DNA of 64,000 nucleotides from Candidatus Limnocylindrales bacterium (GCA_035626395.1 DASPNR010000002.1:469019-533018); one strand, 5' to 3'. Positions 47,116-57,940 are shown, counted from the first letter of the stretch. Numbers and translations: made by a program. Notes: generated by a model from the letters alone, not told the origin.

Positions 47116-47745
47116 TCACGTCAGCGCAGCGCCGAACCTCTCCCCGAACACGATCTCGTCCAGAGGCTTTCGCGCCAGCTTCTTCGGGAACCCGTGCAGC
47201 GGGTAGCCCATGGGAATCATGGCCGCGGTCAGCATCCCTTCCGGGATGGCGAGCAACTCCTTCACCTTCGGCTCGACCGCGCACAGCAGCGTGGTCAGCG
47301 CGGTGCCGAGCCCCTCGGTGCGCGCCGCGACAAGGAGGTTCTGCACCGCCGGATAGACCGATGCGCCCGCCACGATCGAGACGCGATCGAGATGACGATC
47401 GGTGGCCATGAGATCCGAGGTCTGTGCGCAGACCACGACGTGCACCGGGATCTCGTGCAGATGCCGCGCCATGTGGTCGGCATTGGCGAGCAGGGCCGGC
47501 AGCGGCGCACCGGGCCGGGCCGTGGCGCGCGAGGCGTACTGCTCCCACAGCGGCAGATACAGGTCGCGAAGCGCACGCCGCGTGGCCTCGTCGCGGACGA
47601 CCAGGAAGCGCACGCCCTGGCGGTTGCCGCCGGTGGGTGCGTACCGCGCCGCATCCAGCACCCGCCGCAGCACATCGAGCGGGACGGGATCGCGGCGATA
47701 GAAGCGGCACGTGCCGGTCGTCGATATCGCCTCGCGAAATTCCAT
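47116..47745 (-). CDS. Nitroreductase-family protein.
   Basis: 209 aa. RFYRRDPVP and APTGGNRQ are nitroreductase-fold motifs. Confidence 0.8.
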   Translation of the reverse strand: MEFREAISTTGTCRFYRRDPVPLDVLRRVLDAARYAPTGGNRQGVRFLVVRDEATRRALRDLYLPLWEQYASRATARPGAPLPALLANADHMARHLHEIPVHVVVCAQTSDLMATDRHLDRVSIVAGASVYPAVQNLLVAARTEGLGTALTTLLCAVEPKVKELLAIPEGMLTAAMIPMGYPLHGFPKKLARKPLDEIVFGERFGAALT

Positions 47746-47770
47746 GGCTGCTTTCTCCTTGGCCGTGATC

Positions 47771-49129
47771 TCAGCCGTCTTCGTCGGCGTGGTCGTCGAG
47801 GCGGCCCGACCACAGATACCTGTCGGTCTCGCTGACGAGGACGCGCTGGAGCACCAGCAGCGAGATCAGGTTGGGCACGGCCATCAGGCCATTGGCGATG
47901 TCGGCGAATGCCCACACCGACGGCAGCGACGCCACCGATCCCACCATCACCGCAGCCACCCACAGCCAGCGGTACGGAACGATCGCGCGGGGCCCGGCCA
48001 GATATTCGGCCGCCTTCTCGCCGTAGTACGACCAGCCGAGGATCGTCGAGAAGACGAACGTCAGCAGGCCGATCGTCAGTACGATGCTGCCCACGTACGG
48101 GACGTCCTCGAACGCCGCGTTGGTCAGGGCGGCGCCCTTGAGGCCCTTGGTCCAATCGCCGGAGTTGACGACGACCAGACCGGTGAGGGCGCAGACGACG
48201 ACCGTGTCCCAGAACGTGCCCGTCGACGACACCAGCGCCTGTCGCACCGGGTTCCGGGTCTGTGCCGCGGCCGCCACGATCGGCGCGCTGCCGAGCCCCG
48301 ATTCGTTCGAGAAGAGGCCGCGCGCGATGCCGAAGCGCATCGCTTCGCGCACGCCGGCGCCGACAAACCCTCCAGTGGCAGCCTGCGGCGTGAACGCGCC
48401 GCTGACGATGAGATAGAGCGTCTCCGGAATCTGCGCGAAGTTCATCACCAGCAGCACGGTGCAGCCGGCGACGTAGAAGATCGCCATGAACGGCACCAGC
48501 GCTTCACACACCGCCGCGATCGACTTGATGCCACCGAGAATGACGAATGCAGTCAGTGCCGTCATCACGATGCCGCTGAGCCATGGCGAGACTCCCATGG
48601 AGTCGTGCAGCAGCGAGCTGATGGAGTTGGCCTGCACCATGCAGCCGATGCCGAAGGCGGCAACGGCCGTCAGCGCAGCGAAAACCAGCGCAAGCCAGCG
48701 CTGGCCCGTGCCCCGCTCGAGCGCGTACATCGGGCCGCCGGCCATCGTGCCGTCGGCGGTGCGGACGCGGTATTTCACCGCCAGGAGCGCTTCGGCGTAC
48801 TTGGTGGCGATGCCGAACACGCCGGTCAGCCACATCCAGAACACGGCGCCGGGCCCGCCCGCGGCAACGGCGGTGGCCACGCCGACGATGTTGCCGGTGC
48901 CGATCGTGGCGGCCAGAGCCGTGGCCAGCGCACCGAACTGGCTGACGTCGCCCTGCCCTTCGCCCGATGTCTTCCACGACAGGCGGATCGCCGTGCGAAG
49001 ATGACGCTGGATGAAACGCAGGCGGAAGGTCAGGAAGACGTGCGTCCCGAAAAGCAGGATCAGCAGCGGCGGCCCCCAGACGAAATCGCTGATCGAACCG
49101 AGCAGCTTCTCGAGTCCTTCCACCGTCAA
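47771..49129 (-). CDS. agcS: Alanine/glycine:cation symporter (AGCS family).
   Basis: 452 aa and polytopic. GALATALAATIGTGNIVGVATA is the AGCS signature. Confidence 0.9.
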   Translation of the reverse strand: MTVEGLEKLLGSISDFVWGPPLLILLFGTHVFLTFRLRFIQRHLRTAIRLSWKTSGEGQGDVSQFGALATALAATIGTGNIVGVATAVAAGGPGAVFWMWLTGVFGIATKYAEALLAVKYRVRTADGTMAGGPMYALERGTGQRWLALVFAALTAVAAFGIGCMVQANSISSLLHDSMGVSPWLSGIVMTALTAFVILGGIKSIAAVCEALVPFMAIFYVAGCTVLLVMNFAQIPETLYLIVSGAFTPQAATGGFVGAGVREAMRFGIARGLFSNESGLGSAPIVAAAAQTRNPVRQALVSSTGTFWDTVVVCALTGLVVVNSGDWTKGLKGAALTNAAFEDVPYVGSIVLTIGLLTFVFSTILGWSYYGEKAAEYLAGPRAIVPYRWLWVAAVMVGSVASLPSVWAFADIANGLMAVPNLISLLVLQRVLVSETDRYLWSGRLDDHADEDG

Positions 49130-49159
49130 CCTCCCCCGGCGATCACGCCGTTCGTCGCG

Positions 49160-50206
49160 CTACGCCGCCGCCAGCACCGACAGGGCACGGTCCATCTGGT
49201 CGTCGGTTCCGATGCTGATGCGAATCCCCTCGCGCAGACCTTCCTGATCGAAGAAGCGCACGAGCACACTGGCCTGTCGCAGGCGCTCATAGATGGCCTT
49301 GCCGCCACCGTGGGCGCTGCAATCGATCCACAGGAAGTTGGCGCTGGAGTCGCGCACGCCGTAGCCCGCCGCGCGTAGCCGCGCCGTGACGCGAGCACGC
49401 GTGGCACGCACGCGCGCGACGTTGCTGCGCATCCAGTCGTAGTCCTCGAGAGCGGCAACGCCCGCGGCGATGGCCAGCCGCGAGACGTTGTAGGAGTCCT
49501 TGATCTTGACCAGCTCCTCGACGAGCTCCGCGTGCGCGAAGCCGAGGCCCAGTCGCAGGCCCGCCAGCGAGAAGGACTTCGAGAACGTGCGCAGCACCAT
49601 CATGTTCGGATGCTGCTGCAGGATGGACAGCGCAGTGGCGTCGCCGAAATCGACGTACGCTTCGTCGACCACGACCACGCCGCGAGCCTGGCGGGTAAAC
49701 GCCGCGATCTCGTCGAGAGGCAGCGCAAGACCGGTTGGCGAGTTGGGCGAGCACAGGAACGTCAGGCGTGCATCGGCCTCGGCGAGCGATGCCGGCAGCG
49801 CCTGCCCCTGCCACGGCAGCTCGATCGTGCGGGCGCCCGCCGCTTCGGCCAGAGTGCGATACAGCGAGTACGTGGGCACCGGATACGCCACCGCGTCGCC
49901 GGGCTGCGTGCAGGCGCGCACCAGGATCGAGAGCAGCTCATCGGAGCCGTTGCCGACCAGGACCTGATCTTCGCGCACGCCGTAGATCTGCGCGGCCTTG
50001 CGGCGCAGCGCATCGGCGCACGGCGACGGGTACAGGTGCAGCCGGCGCGCCTCGGCCTGGATCGCCTCGGCCACCAGCGGCGAGCATGCGTAGGGGTTCT
50101 CGTTCGTGTTGAGCTTGACGAGCCGCGCATCCGACGGCTGCTCGCCGGGCACGTAGCCCTGCATCGCCGCCGTGCGCGGCGAGACCAGATCCTTCCCGCG
50201 CGTCAT
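49160..50206 (-). CDS. hisC: Histidinol-phosphate aminotransferase.
   Basis: 348 aa. KLNTNENP is present, and the PLP Lys is in TFSKSFSLAGLR. Confidence 0.9.
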   Translation of the reverse strand: MTRGKDLVSPRTAAMQGYVPGEQPSDARLVKLNTNENPYACSPLVAEAIQAEARRLHLYPSPCADALRRKAAQIYGVREDQVLVGNGSDELLSILVRACTQPGDAVAYPVPTYSLYRTLAEAAGARTIELPWQGQALPASLAEADARLTFLCSPNSPTGLALPLDEIAAFTRQARGVVVVDEAYVDFGDATALSILQQHPNMMVLRTFSKSFSLAGLRLGLGFAHAELVEELVKIKDSYNVSRLAIAAGVAALEDYDWMRSNVARVRATRARVTARLRAAGYGVRDSSANFLWIDCSAHGGGKAIYERLRQASVLVRFFDQEGLREGIRISIGTDDQMDRALSVLAAA

Positions 50207-50207
50207 C

Positions 50208-51653
50208 TCAGCGCCCTCCCGGCCCGGGCAGGCGGCGGCTCGGCGGAGGAATGCCCGGCTCGAGCGTGCCTTCGCGGCGCCGCTCTTCCCTCTCCTCGCG
50301 GATCTCGTCGCCGAGCTCCTTGCCGCGCTTGACGATCTTCTCGCGCAGCGGGTCGTCGGCGGGCAACGCGTCCATGGCGCGGCGGTAGTAGACCATCGCC
50401 TGCGGGAGCTGTCCCTGGATCTCGGCCGTGCGAGCGAACCAGTAGAAGCCTGCGCCCTCCTTTCCGGTCTTGCCGAGCGCGCGCGCCAGGGTCTGCAGAA
50501 CGTCGGGCCGGTAGCTTTCGGCGTCCACCGACGCCTGCAGCCGCTCGACGGCCTGCTTCATGCGGCCTTCCTGGTAGTCGATGGTTCCGAGCTCGGCGAG
50601 AACGTCCCAGTCGGCAGGGTCCTTCTTGTGCGCCCGCTCCAGGCGCGTCCTGGCCTCATCGAGCCGGCCGCTGCGCAACGCGACGCGCCCCATTTCTCGG
50701 TCGACGTTGCGGCCGGCCGCTTCGGCCTCGCGAAGATACTTCTCGGCCAGGCCCCAGTCCTCACCCGCCGTCATCAGCACGCCGATGAGCTCGAGCGCTT
50801 CGGGCCGCTGCTGCGGCGTGGCCTGCGCCAGCGCGCGCTCGTAGTCGGGAATGGCCTCTTCGCGCGTCTGCGCGTATCCGCGCGCGATGGCCTGCGCGCG
50901 CTTCAGGCGCAGCGTCGGCTGCAGGCGCTCGGCCGAATATTCCTTCTTGCCGAGCACCGCCTCCAGGTTGGACAGGCGCTCTCCCGAGAGCGGATGCGAC
51001 TGGAAGTAGGGCGGGATCAGCGTCGGGTTGAGCTGCTGCTCGGTGTAGATCTTGCGCAGCAGGTGCGTCAGCGCGATCGGCTCGTAACCGGCCTTGCGCG
51101 CGTACTCGATGCCGAGAAAGTCCGCCTCGCGCTCGAAATCGCGCTGATACTTGAGCTGCGCCGCCTGCCCCGCGGCCAGTGCGCCGGCGGCGAGCACCGG
51201 ATTGATGATGCCCAGGAAGATTCCGAGCAGCGAGGCGTAGCCGGCGGCCGCACCCTTCTGCTGCTGGCGCACCATGTGATGGGCATGCGCGTGGCCGATC
51301 TCGTGCCCCATGACGCCGGCCAGCTCGTCCTCGCTCTCGGCGCGCGCGATCAATCCGGCATGGACGAAGACCTTGCCGCCCGGCACCGCGAACGCGTTGA
51401 TGCTGTTCTCGCGGATGACGAAGAACTCGAAGTCGAAGGGCTGCGGGCCCAGCGTCTTCACCATCTTGTTGCCCATCGACCGCACGAAGCTGACCACTTC
51501 GTAGTCGTGGATGAGCGGCAGATGCGGCATGGCCTGCGCCATGAACTCGGCAGCGAGCTTCTTCTCCTCGGCCACCGACGCCAGCGCGCGGCCGACGAGC
51601 GCCGGAGGCGCCGCCAGATTGATCGCCAGCACGATCGCCAGAAGTCGGCGCAT
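50208..51653 (-). CDS. bepA: M48-family metallopeptidase with C-terminal TPR repeats (BepA/YfgC-like periplasmic protease/chaperone).
   Basis: HEIGHAHAHH is the HExxH motif. The downstream Glu is in GIEYARKAGYEP. The C-terminus has TPR-like repeats. The start is taken at the Met of MRRLLAIVLA (signal). Confidence 0.75.
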   Translation of the reverse strand: MRRLLAIVLAINLAAPPALVGRALASVAEEKKLAAEFMAQAMPHLPLIHDYEVVSFVRSMGNKMVKTLGPQPFDFEFFVIRENSINAFAVPGGKVFVHAGLIARAESEDELAGVMGHEIGHAHAHHMVRQQQKGAAAGYASLLGIFLGIINPVLAAGALAAGQAAQLKYQRDFEREADFLGIEYARKAGYEPIALTHLLRKIYTEQQLNPTLIPPYFQSHPLSGERLSNLEAVLGKKEYSAERLQPTLRLKRAQAIARGYAQTREEAIPDYERALAQATPQQRPEALELIGVLMTAGEDWGLAEKYLREAEAAGRNVDREMGRVALRSGRLDEARTRLERAHKKDPADWDVLAELGTIDYQEGRMKQAVERLQASVDAESYRPDVLQTLARALGKTGKEGAGFYWFARTAEIQGQLPQAMVYYRRAMDALPADDPLREKIVKRGKELGDEIREEREERRREGTLEPGIPPPSRRLPGPGGR

Positions 51654-51661
51654 GCGCTCGC

Positions 51662-52630
51662 TCAGAGCCGGCCCGCCACGGACAAGGCGAAATAGGTGAT
51701 GATGAAATCCGCCCCGGCGCGGCGGATGGAGAGCAGCGTCTCGTCGACGATTCGCTGCTCGTCGAGCCACCCCGCCCTGGCCGCCGCCTTGATCATCGAA
51801 TACTCGCCGCTGACCTGGTAGGCGGCCACGGGGCAGTCGAACGTATCCTTGGCGCGGCGCACGATGTCCAGGTACGGCAGCGCCGGCTTGACCATGACCA
51901 TGTCGGCGCCTTCGTCCAGGTCCATGGCGATCTCGCGCATGGCCTCGGCGGCGTTGCCTGGATCCATCTGATAGGCGCGGCGGTCGCCGAACTGCGGCGC
52001 GGACTCGGCTGCCTCACGAAAGGGACCGTAGAAGCCGGAGCAGTACTTGGCCGCGTACGAGAGAATGGCGACGTGGTCGAAGCCTTCCTCGTCCAGCACG
52101 GAGCGAATGCGCCCGACGCGCCCGTCCATCATGTCGGAGGGCGCAACGATGTCGGCGCCGGCGCGCGCGTGCGACAGCGCTTCCTGCGCGAGCACCTCGA
52201 GCGTGGGATCGTTGGCCACGTCCTGCCCGTCCAGAAGCCCGCAGTGCCCGTGGTCGGTGTACTCGCAAAGACAGACGTCGGTGATGACGAGCAGATCGGG
52301 CACCGCCTGCCCGATCGACCGGACCAGCGTCTGCACGGGGCCGTCGGCTCGCGCGCTGTCGCTGCCGACGGCGTCCTTCTTCTCGGGAATGCCGAAGAGC
52401 AGCACCGCGGGAATGCCGAGATCGCGCGCGCGGATGGCGGTGTCGGTGGCCTTGTCGACCGACTGCTGGAAAACGCCCGGCATCGAGCCGATCTCCTTCT
52501 CCACGCCGGTGCCGGGCACGACGAAGAGCGGCAGCACCAGATCCTCTCGCGACAGGCGCGTCTCGCGCACCATGCGTCGGATCGTCTCGTTGCGGCGCAG
52601 CCGGCGCGGCCGCTGATCGGGAAATCCCAC
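51662..52630 (-). CDS. hemB: Porphobilinogen synthase (delta-aminolevulinic acid dehydratase).
   Basis: 322 aa. The active-site Lys regions are [15 protein letters not shown] and [13 protein letters not shown]. The metal-site region is [15 protein letters not shown]. Confidence 0.95.
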   Translation of the reverse strand: MGFPDQRPRRLRRNETIRRMVRETRLSREDLVLPLFVVPGTGVEKEIGSMPGVFQQSVDKATDTAIRARDLGIPAVLLFGIPEKKDAVGSDSARADGPVQTLVRSIGQAVPDLLVITDVCLCEYTDHGHCGLLDGQDVANDPTLEVLAQEALSHARAGADIVAPSDMMDGRVGRIRSVLDEEGFDHVAILSYAAKYCSGFYGPFREAAESAPQFGDRRAYQMDPGNAAEAMREIAMDLDEGADMVMVKPALPYLDIVRRAKDTFDCPVAAYQVSGEYSMIKAAARAGWLDEQRIVDETLLSIRRAGADFIITYFALSVAGRL

Positions 52631-52693
52631 GCGGCGATGCTAGCAGGCCGAGGCTAAAAAACCACTTGCCGCGGCCGGCGCGTGCACGTTCCG

Positions 52694-54197
52694 TCAGGCC
52701 TTGCGGGTGCCGCTGCCGAGGTGCGCGATGATGGCTTCGGCCAGCGCATCGATCGTGTAGTCGCCGGGCATCACCGCGACGTGCATGCCCAGATCGGCGA
52801 TCGTCTGGGCGGTGACGGGACCGATGGCGGCGATGGCGGCGTCGCCGATGATCTCTCGCGTGCGGCCCTCGCACAGACGATCGAAGTTGGTCACGGTGCT
52901 CGAGCTCGTGAACGTGATCACGTCGAAGGAGCCGAGCGAGTCGGCCGGCTCGGGCGCGGACGGCAAGCCGGTGCGATAGACCGGCACCACATCGACGCAG
53001 GCGCCGCGCGCCCGCAGCTCCTCGGGCAGCACCTCGCGTGCGACTTCCGCGCGCGCCAGCAGGATCCGCTTTCCGTCGACCTCGCCGAGCGCATGCAGCA
53101 GCGCCTCGGCCCGAAACTCGGCCGGCTGCGCCGCCACCAGCACGCCGTGCGCTTCGATCGCGGCCGCGGTGACCGGACCGATGGCGGCTACGCGTACGCC
53201 GGCAAGCTGGCGCACATCGCACCGCGCCGCCTTCATCTGATCGAAGAACGAAGCCACGCCGTTCGTGCTCGTCAGCACCAGCCAGTCGTACGTCGCCAAA
53301 CGATCGAAGACGTCGCGGCCGATCGGCAGCTCGGTCAGCTCGATGGTGGGATACTCGATCACCCAGGCACCGGCGCGCTCGAGCAGGGACGCCAGCGCCC
53401 CGGCCTGCGCGCGGGCGCGCGTGACGACGACGCGGCGGCCGAAAAGCGGCAGCCGTTCGTACCAGGCCAGCTCGTCCGCCAGCGCGGCGACCTGGCCGAC
53501 CACGAAGATCACGGGCGGCCGCTTCAGGTCCTCGCCGGCCTTCGAGCCGATGTCTTTCAGCGTCGCGAGCACGCTCTGCTGCCTCGGCAGCGTGCCCCAT
53601 CGAATCGCGGCAACCGGCGTAGCGGGGTCCATCCCCGCCGCGATCAGACGCGCCGCGATGTGCTCGATCCGCGTCATGGCCATGAGGAACACCAGCGTAC
53701 CGCCGCTGCGCGCCAGGAAGTCCCAGTCCGGCTCGAACTCGGGGCGCGTGGAGCCGGGCTGGCCGGTGACGAACGTGACCGACGAGGAATGCTCGCGGTG
53801 CGTCAGCGGGATGCCCGCATAGGCGGGCACGGCGATGGCGGAGGTCACGCCCGGAACGATCTCGAAATCGATGCCGGCGGCGCGGCACGCCTGCGCTTCC
53901 TCGCCGCCGCGTCCGAAGATGTACGGGTCGCCGCCCTTGAGGCGCACCACGTTCTTCCCCTGCCGTGCCAGAGCGACCAGCATGGCCTCGATCTCTTCCT
54001 GCTCGACGCTGGTGCGGCCGTGGCGCTTGCCGACCAGGATCCGCTGCGCCGAGGGCGGCGCATGGTCGAGAAGACGGGCGTTGGCCAGCGAGTCGTAGAG
54101 CACGACGTCGGCCTGCTCGAGCACCTCCTTTCCGCGCAGCGTCAGAAGGCCCGGATCGCCGGGCCCGGCGCCGACCAGGTAGACGCGCCCGCTCACG
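52694..54197 (-). CDS. cobA/hemD: Bifunctional uroporphyrinogen-III C-methyltransferase / uroporphyrinogen-III synthase (CobA-HemD fusion).
   Basis: The likely GTG start is at about 54197 (VSGRVYLVGAGPGD is the SAM-MT N-terminus). The remaining CobA motifs are VVRLKGGDPYIFGRGGEE and VPGVTSAIA. A C-terminal HemD-like domain follows (RVVVTRARAQAG...). The upstream extension in the track ORF is probably spurious. Confidence 0.85.
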
Positions 54198-55119
54198 ATG
54201 GCTCTGCGGCAGCGATGATCTCGGCGGCGCCGCGATCGAAGAAGCCCCGCGCGAGCCGCTCGCCCAGGATCGCGCCGTGCTCGGCGGGGCCGATGGCCTG
54301 CTCGCGCAACACGCGCTGTCCGTCGGGCGACGACAGCAGCCCGGTGAGCGTGACGCGCGTGCCGGTGACCTCCGCGAACGCGGCCAGCGGCAGATGGCAG
54401 CCGCCGCCGAACGCGCGTGCGAAGGCACGCTCGGCATCGATGGCGGCGTGCGACGGAGGGTGATCGAGCGGGCGCAGCGCAGCGATGGTGGCCTCGTCGT
54501 CGGCGCGCGCGGTGATGGCCAGGGCACCCTGCCCCGGCGCCGGTACGAACACCGACGGATCGAGCACGACGCCGTGCGCGGGCGCCAGCGCCAGGCCGAG
54601 GCGCGCGATGCCGGCGGCCGCCAGGAACGTTGCCGCGCACTCGCCCGCCAGCAGCTTCTTCACTCGCGTCTCGATGTTGCCGCGCAGCATCCTGACACGC
54701 GCTTTCGGGCGGCGCGCGAGCAGCTGGCAGGAGCGCCGCAGGCTGGTGGTGCCGACGAGCACGTCGGCGGGAAGCTCATCGAGCGTGCGCCCGTCGGTGG
54801 TCACGAGCAGGTCGCGCGGGTCGGCGCGCTCGAGCACCGCGGCGATGGCGATGCCGGGAGCGAGCTCGGAAGGAACGTCCTTGAGCGAGTGCACGGCGCA
54901 GTCGATGCGGCCGTCCAGCAGCGCTTCGTCCAGCTCCTTGATGAACAGGCCCTTGCCGCCCGACTCGCGCAGAGGGCGGTCCTGTATTCGGTCGCCGCTG
55001 GTGACGATCTCCACCAGCTCGTAGGAGAGCGAGGCGTCGTGCACGGCCAGGGCGCGCATCGACTGCCGGGTCTGCGTCAGCGCCAGAGGGCTTCGCCGCG
55101 TTCCCACTCGCAGCTTCAC
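54193..55119 (-). CDS. hemC: Hydroxymethylbilane synthase (porphobilinogen deaminase).
   Basis: 308 aa. LRVGTRRSPLALTQT is present. The dipyrromethane cofactor Cys region is GGGCHLP. Confidence 0.9.
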   Translation of the reverse strand: MKLRVGTRRSPLALTQTRQSMRALAVHDASLSYELVEIVTSGDRIQDRPLRESGGKGLFIKELDEALLDGRIDCAVHSLKDVPSELAPGIAIAAVLERADPRDLLVTTDGRTLDELPADVLVGTTSLRRSCQLLARRPKARVRMLRGNIETRVKKLLAGECAATFLAAAGIARLGLALAPAHGVVLDPSVFVPAPGQGALAITARADDEATIAALRPLDHPPSHAAIDAERAFARAFGGGCHLPLAAFAEVTGTRVTLTGLLSSPDGQRVLREQAIGPAEHGAILGERLARGFFDRGAAEIIAAAEPS

Positions 55120-56414
55120 CGGCTTTCTCCCAGTCCGAACAGACGCCTGACCGCGGTCAGCAGGCGCGACTCCTCGGTCGACGATTCCTCCTGCTTGAGC
55201 ACGCTGGTGGGATGGTGGAGCAGCTTGTTGACGATGGCCTTGGTCATCTGGTGGATGCGCTCACGGTCTTCCTCGGACAGCGAGCGCATCTTCGCCAGCG
55301 TCTTCTCCACTTCGCCGCGCCGGATCGTGTCCGCGTACTCGCGCAGCTCGACGATCGTCGGCACGACGTCGAGCTTCTCGAACCACTGCCAGAACTGCTC
55401 GACCTCGCTTTCGACCATCGCCTCGGCGCGCACCGCTTCGCGGCGCCGCTCTCCGAGGTTGTCGTCGATGACGGCACCGAGCTCGTCGATGTCGTAGAGG
55501 TAGGCGCCGTCGAGCTGGTTGATCGCCGGCTGGAAGTTGCGCGGCACCGCAAGGTCGATGAAGAACACCGGCTTTCCGCGCCGCTCGCGCAGCGAAGTCC
55601 TGACGTCGTCGGCGGTCAGCAGCTCGCCGCCGCCCGCCGAGCCCACCACCAGGTCCGCCAGCGGCAGGTACGTACGGAAGCGCTCGAGCGGAAGCGGCGT
55701 AGCCGACAGCTCGCGCGCCAGCTCCACCGCCGTCTCGAAAGTGCGATTGACGACCATGAGCTGCCCGACGCCGGCGGCAAGGAAGTAACGGGCCGCGGTC
55801 TCGCCGGTATCGCCCGCGCCGATCAGCATCACGACCTTGCCCTCGAGCGTGTCGAAGATGTGGCGCGCCAGGTCGACGGCTGCCCCGGCCACCGATACCG
55901 ACCGTGAGGCAATGCCGGTCTCGGTGCGCACGCGCTTGGCGACGGAGAAGCTCTTGTTGAAGACGCGGAACAGCACCGGTCCCACCGCCGCCATCGTGGC
56001 GGCCGCGTCGAACTGCTGCTTCATCTGGCCGAGGATCTGCGGCTCGCCCACGACCATGGAGTCCAGGCTGGAGGCCACGCGGAAGACGTGACGAACGGCG
56101 TCGCGGCCGCTCATCGCGGCGACGACCTCGGAGTGGCCCTCTGCGATGCCGCCCGACTCCAGCAGCAGCGAGCCGATGCGCGCGGCCGCGCCCTGCGACG
56201 ACGCCGCGCACACCACGACCTCGATGCGATTGCAGGTGCTGAGCAGAACCGCCTCCTGCACGCCCTCCAGCGAGAGCACGCGCGAGAGAAACGCCGCCGC
56301 GTCCTCGCACGCAGCCGCCAGCCTCTCGCGCACCGCCACCGGAGCGTTGTGGTGATTGACGCTGACCACCGTCAGCTCACGACCGGCGGCGCCCTTGTGC
56401 GCGGAAGCGCTCAA
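55116..56414 (-). CDS. hemA: Glutamyl-tRNA reductase.
   Basis: 432 aa. The catalytic Cys is in LSTCNRIEV. The NADPH site is IGAGDTGE. Confidence 0.9.
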   Translation of the reverse strand: MSASAHKGAAGRELTVVSVNHHNAPVAVRERLAAACEDAAAFLSRVLSLEGVQEAVLLSTCNRIEVVVCAASSQGAAARIGSLLLESGGIAEGHSEVVAAMSGRDAVRHVFRVASSLDSMVVGEPQILGQMKQQFDAAATMAAVGPVLFRVFNKSFSVAKRVRTETGIASRSVSVAGAAVDLARHIFDTLEGKVVMLIGAGDTGETAARYFLAAGVGQLMVVNRTFETAVELARELSATPLPLERFRTYLPLADLVVGSAGGGELLTADDVRTSLRERRGKPVFFIDLAVPRNFQPAINQLDGAYLYDIDELGAVIDDNLGERRREAVRAEAMVESEVEQFWQWFEKLDVVPTIVELREYADTIRRGEVEKTLAKMRSLSEEDRERIHQMTKAIVNKLLHHPTSVLKQEESSTEESRLLTAVRRLFGLGESR

Positions 56415-57242
56415 CTACCCGACCTGCCCCAGCCCATGACGCACGCCGATACCGAGGATGTTGACCGCCAGATACGAGACCAGCAGGAAGGAGAAGGCGG
56501 CGATGGTCCAGTGCGCGGCACGGCGGCCGCGAAGGTCGCCCAGCATGCGCAGCTGCAGGAGGCCCGCGTAGAGAATCCAGGTCAGCACGGCGAGCACTTC
56601 GCGCGGCTCCCAGCTCCAGAAATGGCCCCACGCGTTCATGGACCAGATGCCGCCGGTGACGATGCCGAGCGTCAGCAGCGGGAATCCCCACAGCAGGAAG
56701 ACGTGGTTGAGGCGGTCGAGCCGCTCCAGCGCCGGCAGGCGCCGGATGAGCGCGCCGCTGCGGTGGGTCTTGAGCAGGTTCTCCTGCAGCAGGTAGATGG
56801 CGCTGACGGCGAAGGCCAGAGCGAAGACCGCGTTGCCAAGGAACGCCAGCGTGACGTGCACCGGCAGCCACGGGCTTCGCAGCCCCTGCGGCAGCGCCGC
56901 ATCGCTGGCGCCCACCAGCGCGTCGCCGAGGACGGCGATGAAGGCCAGCGGCGCGACCAGCGCGCCGGCCGCCGCCAGCGGCAGACGCGACTGCAGCGCA
57001 AGGTACAGCCCCACCAGCAGCCAGGCGAAAAAGGAGAACCCGCCGGCGAAGCTCGCGACAGGCGGAGCGCCGCCGACCATGAACGCGCGCAGCAGATCGA
57101 ACGTGTGCATGGCAAAGCCGGCGGCCAGCAGCCATGGCGCCAGCCGCGTGCCGGCTGCCTCGGGCGAGGCGATAGCGCGCGAGAAGCTGAACGACGCGGT
57201 CACGTAGCAGAGGGCCGCCAACAGAAGCATCAGGCTGTGCAC
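56415..57242 (-). CDS. CcsA/ResC-like cytochrome c assembly family membrane protein (HemX-like, as in hemAXCDBL operons).
   Basis: 275 aa, polytopic. The Trp-rich motif (WGHFWSWEPRE) is characteristic of the CcsA/HemX-type heme-handling family. Confidence 0.7.
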   Translation of the reverse strand: MHSLMLLLAALCYVTASFSFSRAIASPEAAGTRLAPWLLAAGFAMHTFDLLRAFMVGGAPPVASFAGGFSFFAWLLVGLYLALQSRLPLAAAGALVAPLAFIAVLGDALVGASDAALPQGLRSPWLPVHVTLAFLGNAVFALAFAVSAIYLLQENLLKTHRSGALIRRLPALERLDRLNHVFLLWGFPLLTLGIVTGGIWSMNAWGHFWSWEPREVLAVLTWILYAGLLQLRMLGDLRGRRAAHWTIAAFSFLLVSYLAVNILGIGVRHGLGQVG

Positions 57243-57940
57243 GGGTCGACCTCGCTCATCGTCTCCCTCGTCGTTGCGCTCTGGCCATCATCGAGAGGCT
57301 CGGCCGCAGCGCGCGTGGCCGCCTCCGCCACGAGCGCCTCCGCTTCCGCGCTGCGGCCCTCGCGCAGGAGCTGCACGAGCCCGCGCTCCAACACGCTTCG
57401 CAGCGCGGTGGCGCGCTGCGCCTGCGAGGACGGCGTCGCTCGCAGCAGCGTTCGCATGTGGGCGAGGAGCTCGGCCGCCCGTCCGTACTCTTCGCCGACC
57501 GTTTCGGCGACGGCGTCTCGCGCACGCGCGGCCAGCGCGGGACTGGCGCCGCCGCTGGAGACGGCCACGCACAGCGTCCCGCGCCGCAGCACGGCGGCGC
57601 TGGAAAAATCCCCGGCTTCGGCGTCGTCGGCCCGGCAAAGCAGTGCGCCGCCGGCGTGGGCATCCGACTCGATCTCCGCCTGAGCCTCCGGCGAGGAAGT
57701 GCAGGCAAAGACGAGGAGCGCGCCGCGTGTGTCGTGCTTCTGGAAGTTGCGGGCAAGAATGCGAACGTTGTCGGCGCGTGCGGCAAGTGCGCGAAGGTTC
57801 GCGCAGGGCTCGGCATCGATGACCGTGACCAGCGCGCCCGCCTGCGCCAACGCCTCGGCCTTGGCCAGCCCGACGCTGCCGGCCCCCACCACGACACAGC
57901 GCTTGCCCTGGAGACGGAGAAAGACGGGGAACAAATGCAC
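57230..57940 (-). CDS. sirC: Precorrin-2 dehydrogenase / sirohydrochlorin ferrochelatase (SirC/Met8/CysG N-terminal-like).
   Basis: The N-terminal Rossmann motif is FLRLQGKRCVVVGAGSVGLAKAEAL. Confidence 0.75.
   Translation of the reverse strand: MHLFPVFLRLQGKRCVVVGAGSVGLAKAEALAQAGALVTVIDAEPCANLRALAARADNVRILARNFQKHDTRGALLVFACTSSPEAQAEIESDAHAGGALLCRADDAEAGDFSSAAVLRRGTLCVAVSSGGASPALAARARDAVAETVGEEYGRAAELLAHMRTLLRATPSSQAQRATALRSVLERGLVQLLREGRSAEAEALVAEAATRAAAEPLDDGQSATTRETMSEVDPCTA

Noticed and set aside
52694-54640. Full 648-aa ORF as the cobA-hemD gene
   Set aside because: The first roughly 150 codons are Arg-rich low complexity overlapping hemC in another frame. The conserved SAM-methyltransferase N-terminus begins at the GTG near 54197.
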